DNA of 64,000 nucleotides from Chiloscyllium plagiosum (taxonomy: Eukaryota): assembly GCF_004010195.1 (NCBI RefSeq), contig NC_057719.1, forward strand, positions 74,955,106 through 75,019,105. The letters are read 5' to 3'. The notes beneath the pieces are model-generated. The model did not search any database and was not told the origin of the DNA. It worked only from the letters and a program-made list of their open reading frames with translations. Of the stretch, positions 1 to 11,039 are shown in pieces. Position 1 is the stretch's first letter. Every line of letters starts with the position of its first letter. The translations under genes were made by a program, and so were the position numbers.

Positions 1-136
1 ACACAGTCTCTCTCATATCCTCTCTCTCACACACACACACTCTCACGCACATGCACATGCACACACACACACACTGTCTCTCTCTTTCTTTCTCTCACAC
101 ACACACTCTCTCTCTCTCATACACACACACACATAT
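1..136. repeat. Compound (CA)n/(CT)n microsatellite
   Basis: Alternating CACA and CTCT runs, directly visible. Confidence 0.95.
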
Positions 137-875
137 ACAGAGTCTCAAACCCTTTGGCAGGGTGAAGCATTGGGGGGTGGAGCATGGAAGGTAGATTCAC
201 AAGTCTGTAGAGATTGATGGGAGACTAGAATAGTCTACAAGGACAAACATATAGAAGTAAATGCTGATACTTTTTCTGGAAAGCCAATAGGACTTGGAAA
301 TGATAAAACTGGTCTGAACCCATCTTATATACCTTAATATGGAATTCCAGTTTAGACCAGTCCAAACTGGAATTGGTTTTTCACTGTTTTTGCCCTCTGG
401 CTCATGTGTGGAATAAATGCCAGCATGGAGCTGTTGGGTCCATTAGACTGCCTCCATGTTGTGTGTAACAAGGAGACAACGTTCAAATGATGGTTGTAGG
501 CCGGTAAATGTCCCGTCAAACATTTGAAAGAAAAAGACAAATGCTGAAGATCCCAAAGAAAATGCGTCTAATGGGCAAATAAATACCTGAAAGCAGGACA
601 ATTAAAACTGTGATATTGAGAGGAGGCAACAAAACATTCACTTACTGCTGCACCTTCCCATCACACCCTCTTTAACTGCTTCAGATCAGTTGTGTTTCAC
701 AAAGGAATAAATTAGTGTTGAGGCCACATATGGCAGCCATTGAATCATACACCACAGAAGCAGACCATTCAGCCCATTATGCCAGTGTTGGACAATAGTC
801 CTACCTCTCCTGCCCACTCCTCAGCCTTGCATTTTGTCCTTGATGAGCATTGGTTGAATTCCCTTTCGAAGGTTT

Positions 876-1150
876 CCCTCACAGTGCCAGGAACCTGGGT
901 TCGATTCTACCCTCGGGTGACTTCCCTTGTGGAGTTTGCATATTCTCCCCGTGTCTGCGGGAGTTTCCTCTGGGTGCTCCGGTTTCCTCCCACTGTCCAA
1001 AGATGTGCAGGTTAGGTGGATTAGCCATGGGAAATGCAGCTTTATAGGGATAGGGTGGTTGGGGGTAGGTCTCGGAGGGATCCTCTTCGTAGGGTTGGTG
1101 TGGATTCGATGGGCTGAATGGCCTGCTTCCGCACTATAGGGATTCTGTGA
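876..1150 (+). mobile_element. HE1-like tRNA-derived V-SINE, inserted in a minus-strand CR1 3' remnant (about 740-1200)
   Basis: B-box-like GGGTTCGATTC, V-domain core GGAGTTTGCATATTCTCCCCGTGTCTGCG...GGTTTCCTCCCAC, CR1-like tail GGGCTGAATGGCCTG...GATTCT. Confidence 0.85.
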
Positions 1151-4100
1151 TAGAGTTATGATTTAGTCTGCTTCTACCATCCTCTCAGGGAATGCGGTTA
1201 CAATTTGCTATGTGCAAGGTTCTTTTGAAAATTAATTAAAATTGGCATCCACTGGTTAACAACAAGTTTGAAAGTTTATGTCTATTTACTCAATCGAAGC
1301 TTCATTATACAATGCACTATCACAACAATCCTGCACCTATATGATGGCCATGGACAGTAAGAGGCAAGGCAGTGACAAGGCTGAGATGGTCTGTTTGAGC
1401 AGTATTACACTGGGTATTACACATCGCACAGAGGCAATGCAGAGAGGGGGCTCTTTGTCCTGTCTTAAGAATCAATGCATTGTGCACCTCAGACAATTAA
1501 CTCTGCTATTGACTGTCGCCTTCTAAAGCCGCTGTTGATTTCCACCCACCCCCCGCGCCACCTCCCCTCTCTCTTGTGCGCTTTTCAAAACGCTATCGCA
1601 CAGAGCTCTGAAAATTGAGCAATAATAGGGGTGAAGATCAACATTGTTCACATTGGAACATTTTTTTCTGCTCCTCACAGCGAATTTGTCAATCAGATCT
1701 GAAAGGCAGAAAAAGGGGGCTTTGAATTTTGATCATTGGGAGCTGGAGTGCCTCCCAGCTGCATGTGTAGGATGTGGACTGGTGAGAAGGGAAGGCACAA
1801 TCACATAGTTTAACACAGGGATTTGGGTTTGTGGGGGGTAGAGTGGTGGGAGCTATCATCATTGAGACAGTGCTGCTTTATCTAACTGCACCTGCAGAAG
1901 AGAAGGAGGGGAGGATTGCTTTCATTTCCTTCCTTCACATCTTTCCTTTATTAATTAGCCCTCGGAGCTCTGACTGCAAGCGTTGGAAAATAAAATAAAT
2001 ACTGTCATGAGAGAGATTTGACAGAAACATGTTTACCGTAGAAGCCACTTTTTATTGTGTAACATAAAGTTATAAGCACTCCTCACTGAGTTTCCGGTTC
2101 TCATTAGATTTATTTTTATTCTGAGACCACTTTTCTATCAAAGTCTAAATTTATCTGCAATTTAACTTTTAAAAAAAATTTCCCCAGCCCCTTCATCAAA
2201 CCAGTCTCCAACAGGGATCACTGAATAGTGACCTCTGGCTGCTTCTCCTCCTATACTGCAGGATCTGGCCTCCATCTCCTGTGCCTTCCTACCATCCAGG
2301 TCAAGGTGTCAGACCAGCATGGTCTTGCTAACACTCCTCATCTACACATGTAGAGTCCTGAAGGGAAGCAAGCATTGAGAGTCAACAGAAATCTGGATGG
2401 GTCAGCACCAGTAAAGGTTAAAGTTGAGTAGAGTTAGCTTCAGGGAGAATATTCATTCAGGGCATCATATATAAATAGATATTGCTTAAAGAAAAGAGGA
2501 GTTACTGAATTCTGTATGGCCTACACCGCTGAAAGATTCCCCTTACGTCTTGTAAATATAGCACACAAGTCAAACTTATTATTTTTTACAAAATTCGCAA
2601 CAGATTGGGTAAGAGCTAACTAGGAATAAAGTCGAATCTCTTCCCTACAAGAAATAAGTGCACATTATGTTCACCCGTGTGTGTTTACTTGCCTATTGTG
2701 AACAGTTAGCTTGACATCTGGTGGCCTTCATAATGAGCCAGATCAGATTCTGTCAACACTAGTGTCTACACTGATTGCAGCTGTGTTGTTTAAACAACCT
2801 ACCTTTTTTTTAAAGTTGACACTTCTCACCTCTTCAGATGAAAATGTGAGTGATGAACTCTTGTTCTATCCATTGCATAACCCGACTGAAACAAAATATA
2901 AAACCTTAAAATATAAAACCTAACAGGCCTGCTAGTAGTCAGTGCAATGAAGCACACAGGGTAAGCTGACCCTCAAATGGTAGGTATCTGGTCATGGCTC
3001 ATTGAGGGGAACAATTGTTTTGGAGTCACTTTGACCTCATCTGATACAGTAAAAGAGACGATAGTTGGCAGGCTTCTCTACAACCCTCCATTGATTTCAC
3101 TGGAGATACCATCACATAAAGTCAGCACTCCCCCTTTCTCTGAGGCTAAGTTCAGTTAAGGCATAACAGCCTTAATAAAACTACAGTGGAACTGTTTTGT
3201 AGATTGCTTTTCAAGTGCTTCCCTGTGAAAGTCTGTGCTCTTGGATTTGACTGGGGTCAACCCACAGTCAGTGGTGTGTCAGCCCTCATCCATCTGCCTG
3301 CTGGGAAGTGCCGAGCTAAACTGATAATCCCTGACGTGACTGATCGCCACAAGCTGCATGCTGTTAACCAAGCTCCTTTATCATTGAGCAGAGCACACCG
3401 AGTGCTGTCTTTTTTTTCAATCCCTCGCCTTGCATCAGGTGGTGAGGAACAAGAATCCTTAATCCTTTTCAAATGAGATTGCCGAGAAGCTGACTCAAGG
3501 GGCCGAATGGCCTGATCCTATTTCCTAAGTGGTTGCTTAGAAGCTGCGGTAATTGGGGGGAGCACTGATATCCAGACATTAGTGCTTTGAAGGCTGCGAT
3601 TGAAGCTGAACTTTGACCCCTTCGTGTCTGAGGGCTACTGCTGTGAATGGTCTAACCTAGCAATGGCTGGGCTTGGCCTCATTTCATTGAGCTTCCCATT
3701 GCAAATAAATTGTCTAGCCGGTTCTCTACTAAAGGCTAGAATCTTCTCCTTCAGGTACAGGAAGGAAATGCTAAGCTTACTTTGGAAGCCTGGCTTTTCC
3801 CTCCTTTCTTTCCCTAGATATGGAGAGGGGACACAACTGCACTGCAGCTCTTGAGAAGCCTACCCTGGATAGGCCCAGAGTCTTACAAAGAGGCAGATTC
3901 ACTGAGGGCCACAAGTGAAGGGAAAGTAGGCCATCGATAAAGCCATAGCACTCACATAGACAGGAGTTCTGGATTCTCAAATTTCATTTAAATTGGCTTT
4001 ATCTCCGTTCGTTATGGCCTGAGTCTTTCCCCTCTGTTGAGGAAGCCCCCTTTTCCCCACCCTTTGGGATGAAGGAAAGCTAACTGTGCTGCACCATCCC

Positions 4101-4771
4101 GAGGCAAGGCTGTTGACCATGCCATTTTTGAGACATCTGCAGACAGCAGGAGCAAGTGCAGTTCCAATGACTTGGTGAAGCACATCCAAGAATTACCTTC
4201 AGGCCAGCTTGGCTACTGTTGAGTTTCCGTGGCCTACTAAAATGCAGAGATGGCCCCCACTGGCCCTCATTTGAGGTGTGGGGAGGAAGGGGCTTTGGTT
4301 GGCTCTTGGTCAGCTGACATCTCTTTGTAATCAGGAACAGGAACAGAAGAGAGGAAAAGACACATCAATTTCCATTTGTTTGCTTATTTGGCCTCTCCAC
4401 CTCTCCTGAAGGGTCTGATTCCCAGATTCCAGCAGTCCTCTGGTATTTAGTGAAAGGACCATTCCTTGTACAGGGACAGCTTATATCGGACTGCTATTTC
4501 TCCCTGTGGGCATTACACAACATGTACAGAGTTTACCCTGTCTGTTTGTACACGTGCCTTAAGTACCAGCACGCAACGGTTGTTCTGGGGCCAAGCCTTT
4601 TATGGTCTGACTCATTTGAATCTGGTGGGTTCGATCACAGACCAGGAATCTTTTGTGGGTTCACACAATGTTTCGGTTTGTTAGATAACGGTAATCCCAA
4701 ATCTGTGCAAATTCAAAAGCCAGCACAGAATTGGTCCCAAGACAGATGTATTTTAGGCATCATGAGACAAT

Positions 4772-5585
4772 AACATATAGGTAAGAAATAGGTCATTCTG
4801 CTCATCGAGTCTACTCCACCTTTGAACATGGTTGATACACTTCTCAATCCCATTCTCTTGCCTTTTCTCAGAATCCTTTGATTCCCTAACTAATCAAGAA
4901 CCTATCTATCTCCGTCATAGATACATTCAATGACTTGGCCTCCAAAGCCTTCTGTGACAATGAGTTCCACAGATTGACTCTGGCTGAATAAATTCCTCCT
5001 CATCTCAATTCTGAAGGGTCGTCCCTTCACTCTGAGACTGGGCCATCAGATCCTAATCTCTCCTACTAGTAGAGAGATCTTCTCCATGTCTACTCTTTCT
5101 AGGTCTCCTGTAAGTCTTCTGTAAGTTTCAATGAGATTCCTCTGCCACTCTGGAGGCAGGAAGCATGTTTCCGCTGATGGGTGAGTCCAGAACCAGAGGA
5201 CACAGTTTAAAAATAAGGGGTAGGTCATTTAGAATAGAGTTGAGGAGAAACTTCTTCACCCAGAGAGTGGTGGATAAAAGGAATGCTCTGCCCCAGAAGG
5301 CAGTGGAGGCCAAGTCTCTGGTTACTTTCAAGTAAGAGATGGATAGAGTTCTTAAAGATAGTGGAATCAAGGGTTATGGGGATAAGACAGGAACAGGATA
5401 CTGATTATGGATGATCAGCCATGATCATAATAAATGGTGGTGCTGGATCGAAGGCCTGAATGGCCTACTCCTGCACCTATAGACTATTGTCCTCCTAATT
5501 CTTCTAAACTGCACTGAGTACAGATCCAGAATCTCAACTGCTCCTCACATGACAAACCCTTCATCCCCCCGGGATCATTCCTGCA
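4772..5585 (-). mobile_element. CR1-clade LINE 3' fragment, interrupted by an oppositely oriented CR1 fragment
   Basis: Reverse complement of CR1 ORF2 end/3'UTR; host breaks at TCAATGAGATTCCTC (about 5143) and resumes at CCTCCTAATTCTTCTAAAC (about 5491). Confidence 0.75.
5150..5490 (+). mobile_element. CR1-clade LINE 3' end (nested)
   Basis: GAGGAGAAACTTCTTCACCCAGAGAGTGGTG (RRNFFTQRVV motif); 3'UTR GAATGGCCTACTCCTGCACCTAT with CTATTGT tail. Confidence 0.85.
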
Positions 5586-7792
5586 AGCATCACAGCTGTG
5601 TATGAGTCTCACTTGTTAACAGCCTGTTCAACTATGACAAATATCAGAGTCCAAAATGGTGCTCACCCAACATTGACTCATCTGCTCCTTCCAGCTTCTG
5701 ATTGGTCACCAGGATTAGGAAACTTGACCAGACTGTCTTCACATATTTTCCTCAGCCAGGGTCACTGAGGTACTCAGTCCACAGCCATTACCATGAACGT
5801 GACATGTTTTGGACCAGCATCTTCGACCGTGCTTGGAGATTTCTGACTGTCACTGGACTCACGTATGTCGAGGTGCTGATTGGTATTTGTTTGACATCCT
5901 GTGAATGTTGTAGGGAAAAGCAAAATGTTGCTGGGTGAGATGCTAAACAAAAGTTACTGCCTGCTTTATGTTTTGCAAATGGCCATTTAGGACTTGTGTT
6001 TTTAACCGATTGAGTGCTACATTTCTCTTAGCAGCTTGCCAACCAACAGCATGTTTCTTAAGGTCTGGAAACACTCAGCCGTGCCAAAAAAAAGTATGAT
6101 TCTACATTCTAAAATAGAGTTCACTTTAAGTAAAATGGAAAGTGTCTCTTTGTGAGTAGTGTAAACTGGTAATGGACTCCAATTTTCTGACCCTTTTACA
6201 CTCCTTATTGTTGTCTTTTAATTGCATTTAAATGGGTGAAAATACTGGTTGTATATGGAAATGATTATTGAAGTGCCCCTGGAGTATTTTATGTGTTTTA
6301 AGTTGCCTGTCCTCTCTGATTTGTACACGGAGATTTCTGACCTTTCGCTTTTTGTCTGTGAATCTGCTTTTCTTTAGCTTATGGGCATGTGCCTCCTAAC
6401 ACAAATCATTGCTTGCCTCACTGCAGATGATATGTTGATAATGGCTGCCGGTGTGTTTAGATGAGTTGCCCAGTTTCCTAATATGTTTTCGCCTGCAGTT
6501 TGAACTCCCCCATCTTGCTAAGGTTACGAGTTCCTAACGTGTTATTGCAGTTTACAAGCTTCCACAAAAAGAAAGGGTCACCATTACCATGGCAACTGAG
6601 GACACCTAACTCAGTCAGCAGCACCCCTCATTTTAAAAGAGGGTCACTCTACTCCCCATGACATTAAAAATGTCAAATCATGCGTTGGATGGAATTCAAA
6701 ACATTATTTTCATTGGATATTAAATTCCTTTTGTTAAAAAGTGCAGTACAGTTAATGATCTTAGTCATAAAAAACCTACAGCTTTTGTCTGACTAGAGGT
6801 GTCTAAAATCAAAGTGGAGAGTTCAGCTATCCATTCAGCATTGGTCACATGACACCATCCTTTCACTCAGCAGGTCCTGCCCCTTTGCTTTATATTTGAT
6901 ATCTGGGTTCTCTTGCTCCAATAATTCCTGGGAGGAATTATAGATCTTGTACGCACAAACACAACTGATTTTAAAGTTTCACTCCCTGCATAGGATGAGC
7001 AGCCCAGTCACCAATGTCAAGTTTGCGTGCCCAGGATAAATTCCACTTTTCTATCTTCAGGATGATAGGGTCTTTCAGTCCTTGCCCAGCATTGCCAAAG
7101 TCAAATTTGTGTCAGACTTGCTTCCAACTATGTCAGTAACATATCCCTTCCAAGACCTCTAACCTTACCACAGTGTAGCTTGGGTGCCAAATCAAAGCCT
7201 CTCTAGCATAGACCATCCTGATTAAGGTAAATCAGTTTAACATAAATACAACATTCCATACCGGGACGTCTTCAGAATTGACACTTTTATAAGCATTTCA
7301 TTTAGTGGGCACCACTGCCTACCAATATGAGTCAATTCATCTTAACAGTTTTCAAGAGGGGCAAGAAAATGTATGCTGAAGGTACCCATATAATTTACAC
7401 ATAAAAAGAATGAATATGATCAGGCCGAATGCAGTGGGTTTGGAGATGTGAACTCTCTGGGTTGTGTGCATTATATGGTGTCACATAGGACTCTCTTATA
7501 TTGTGAATGGCCCATGTGAACTGCCCCTCAGATCCCAGCCATGAATAGGGCAAGAATGGGAATGCTAGCCCTGGCTGATTGATGAGATAATGATCAGCAT
7601 ATTGTGAAGGGGCCAGATGTTCAAAGGATATGAGAAACTCATGATGCCAATTGAACTGCAGAGCTATGGTGGACAAAATCAGAGGGGCAACACCCACGAT
7701 AGTGAACTCAGTCATTGAAGTCAATAAAAACTGGGAGGGATGGAATAAGTTGCCCTTTCACTCCCACTGCCCATGGTAAGACTCCATCTCAT

Positions 7793-7979
7793 TGAAAAGC
7801 GCAGCAGGTCAGGCAGCATCAAAGGAACAGGAGAATCGACGTTTTGGGCATAAGCCCTTCTTCAGGAAACTGCAAAACGTCGATTCTCCTGTTCCTTTGA
7901 TGCTGCCTGACCTGCTGCGCTTTTCCAGCAACACATTTTTAAGCTCTGATCTCCAGCATCTGCAGTCCTCACTTTCTCC
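7793..7979. mobile_element. Short Penelope-derived element (family A), inverted-repeat form
   Basis: Arms AAAAGCGCAGCAGGTCAGGCAGCATCAAAGGAACAGGAGAATCGACGTTTTG and its reverse complement; 15-bp TSD CTCCATCTCATTGAA at 7782-7796 and 7976-7990. Confidence 0.85.
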
Positions 7980-8334
7980 ATCTCATTGAATCCTCAATCA
8001 TGTGATCTTTTGTGTTTCAGCCATTTTTAATTTTTATGATTGGATGTGGGCTGGAGAGGTAGCATTTTGTTGCCCCTTCCTGGTTAGCTTGGCAATTGCC
8101 TTTTTTAAAAACAAAAACTCAACATTTGTTCCTCCTTTTATTTTTGCTCTAGGTTCTCCCCTCAATCCTGACCACTCTGATCCTAATGTTGCAATGACAT
8201 TTTAGTTCAGCAGTCATGCATCCATTCTTCATGTTGGTGTCTTTTGAAAGCTAACACAGCTGACCCTGATCTAGCTCTCGCTCCAAAATCCACCACATGG
8301 ACAATCCTCCCTTACTGTGTTTTTCTTTGCCCTT

Positions 8335-8835
8335 CCTTTCATGTAGGTATCACTGGCTGGGCCAGTATTTGTTGTCCATCCCTAATTTCCTTTGAGAAGG
8401 TGGTGGTCAGCTATCTTCTTGAATCACTGCCATCCTTCCGATGTAGGTACGCCCATTGTACTGTCTAGAGACAGTTGCAGGAATTCAACACGTATAGTGA
8501 AAGATGGGTGATTATAATTTCAAATCAGGATGATGTGTGGGTTAGGGGGGGATCCTGCAGGTGGTGATGTCCCCATGCAACTGCTGCTTTTGACCTTCTG
8601 GGTGGTAGAGGTCATGGACTGGGAAGGAGTGTGGTCACAGTGCATCTTGTAGATCATACACACTGCTGCAGTTATGGTGGTGAAGGGAGTAAATGTTGAA
8701 GGTAGTTTATGGAGTGTGATATATAGGCTCTTTTGACCTGGAGGGGTTTGAACTTCTTGAATGTTGTTGGAGCTGCACCCATCCGCAGAAGTGGACAGCA
8801 TTCCACCAGACTCCTGACTTGTGCCTTGGAGATGG
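8335..8835 (-). mobile_element. L2/CR1-superfamily LINE 3' fragment
   Basis: Reverse complement of the 3' end also seen at 13700-13960, 22895-23150 and 40400-40710 (CACTGGCTGGGCCAGTATTTGTTGTCCATCCCTAATT). Confidence 0.65.
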
Positions 8836-8864
8836 TGAGTGTTATTGCCATTGCTGATGACTAG

Positions 8865-9310
8865 AACATACGAGCAAGGAACACAAGCAGGCTATCCAGC
8901 TTTGTTCTGTCATTCTGGAAGATGATGGTTGTTTGACTTTAATCTTAACTCTACTTTCCTGCATACCCCTGATAATCTTTGATTCCCATCTGTAATCAAG
9001 AATCTAGCCACCTCTGCCTTAAAGATTCTGTGTCCACACTGCCTTTTGAGGAAAGGAATTTTAAGACACTCACTCTCTGAGAAGAAAAAGTATTTCCTCA
9101 TAAATGGGTCAGCCTTTACTTTTGAACTATGACCCCTGGTTCTGGATTCTTCCACAAGAGGAAATATCTTTTCCCCATCCACCTGGTCAAGTCACCTCAA
9201 GATCGTATACACTTCAATTAAGTCACCTCTGACTTTTCTAAACTCCAGAGGTTACAGGCCTAGCCTGTCTGGCCTTTCCTCATCAGGCAATCCGCTCAGT
9301 CAGGGTCAGC
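8865..9310 (-). mobile_element. CR1-clade LINE 3' fragment
   Basis: Minus ORF MDGEKIFPLVEESRTRGHS is a typical CR1 ORF2 C-terminus. Confidence 0.8.
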
Positions 9311-10341
9311 ATCTCTGGTTAGACACCTTCCTGGAACATTCCTCAAATGATCTTCTGCGCCCAACCACCCTGGATAGATAAACGGTCTTTTCTTCCCACC
9401 ATCTCCAGTATTTTTATTATTAATAAACCAAAATTGAAACAAAATGAATGATTTGGCCATCTGGAATTTTGTGTCAGCAGCCTCATGTGTGGAAACCTAG
9501 GTATGACTTCTCTGTCCCAACATGTGGAAACAAAGTGACTCCCAACTGGGATTAACATAGTTTTTAGACCCCAAGAATACCACAATGTACGGATAGAACC
9601 CTTACTTTGTTGGAGCAGAGCACCTGGATTATAACCATGGTACGGTAAAGTATCCCTGGAGCCAGTGAGCCTGTAAGTAAATCATTGAGGGACTTTTAAC
9701 TGAGGGCACCCTTGCTGGCCAAATCTATGAGAATGAAACCATTGCCCCCAAGGACCCAGTACATTTTAACAACTCTCAAAATCTGACTAAAGTACTGAGA
9801 ATGGTCATTGGTCAATAGAATGGAACTTACATTTCAGAAGTTTGCATCCAAATTCAGGGCAAAGTATACGTTCAGAATTTTTATGCACATTACAAATATT
9901 GTTGGCTATAAAAAAAGAAATAATTACAAAATTCAAAAATGTGTTCCCTTCAAATTCTAATGTGCCCTCACGGTGGCTGTCTGAGTTTTTTTTCAGGGAG
10001 GGGGTTAGTTTTGATTCCTTACTAGCATGACATGGTAAGGTGCTGTTTTCATGTATTTTTAATCTCTATTCTGGATATTGCATGTTCTGTGTTTGCTTCC
10101 ATGTATCAACAGTCATGAGTGACTGGAGGTGAGTGTTTCACTTTGCATTACATGTCTTTCCTGAGGTGCTTCTCTGTCCTGACTCTCTGCGCGCTGTGAG
10201 CTATCTTTCTTTACTTTCCATTTTTGTTCCTCAAGTGGCCGGGCCATGTGCAAATCCCATCATTCAATACTGCTGGAGAGTAGATAGTATTTACCTCAAT
10301 AATGGTAGTTTCTTTTCAATTCTTTCTAACGCTAAATTCAG

Positions 10342-10398
10342 AAGACGTATCGAAGCCGACCCCAACCGCTGAAACCCAGCCAGTGTTTGACGGAGACG
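10342..10398 (+). CDS. SMOC1: SMOC1 internal exon (orthologous to human exon 6), 57 nt, phase 1-1
   Basis: ttcag|AAGAC...GGAGACG|gtgagt; translates (E)DVSKPTPTAETQPVFDGD, versus human DDGSKPTPTMETQPVFDGD as recalled. An alternative in-frame acceptor starts at 10309. Confidence 0.95.
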
Positions 10399-10694
10399 GT
10401 GAGTCCATTTCAAATAATCTTTTATCATCTTGTATTTTTGGTGTGAAGGGTGAGGGAGGGTAGGTTGGTTACTTGAAGACTCCCGTTTATTTTCCCACCA
10501 GCTATTGGGTTGCAGTCTGAGGGAGGGTTGTGAAAAGAAACATCCAAGTTTGATTTAATTGTTTGTGTCAAGGATGTGTTTGAGAAGCTAGTGTGATAAT
10601 CATTAACTTGAAAGAATTCTCCAAGTATTATGGTTGTTAGTAGCCCAAGAATGGAAAATCACCATGCATCTTTCTTCAAACAAAAACATAGAAA

Positions 10695-10885
10695 GGCAAA
10701 ATAATTGGGATGCTGCAAATTTGAAATAAAGACAGAATATATCAGATACGTTCAGCAGGTGTGGTAGCATCTATGGAGTATTAATATTCTCAGGTCTGGG
10801 GAAAGGATGTAAACCATTTTTTGTTATGTTCTATGTATTTCACACCAGACCTGCTGAATATTTTCAGAATTTTCTGTCGTATTTT
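10695..10885. mobile_element. Degenerate Penelope-derived inverted-repeat element
   Basis: GGATGCTGCAAATTTGAAATAAAGACAGAA...TTCAGCAGGTG, with the inverted ACCTGCTGAATATTTTCAGAATTTTCTGTC. Confidence 0.55.
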
Positions 10886-11039
10886 CTTCAAGTGATAGTA
10901 GACTGTATGAGAGTAACCCTTACAAAGCCTTGTGTACTACAAATGCAAATGAATCGCCCATGAAAATAAGGACCTTCAGTTTCACCATGGAAAGAGAGAA
11001 AAGACTCTGTGCATGATTAGAAGATTTATTTACTATTTC

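Noticed and set aside
1..10300. SMOC1 exon 5 (GS.TDKP...GRK)
   Set aside because: No matching exon found by eye; it probably lies upstream of the window.
10236..10304. 69-nt in-frame candidate exon (VAGPCANPIIQYCW...)
   Set aside because: Weak donor (gtagtt), and it would leave only a 37-nt intron to the next exon; no known homology.
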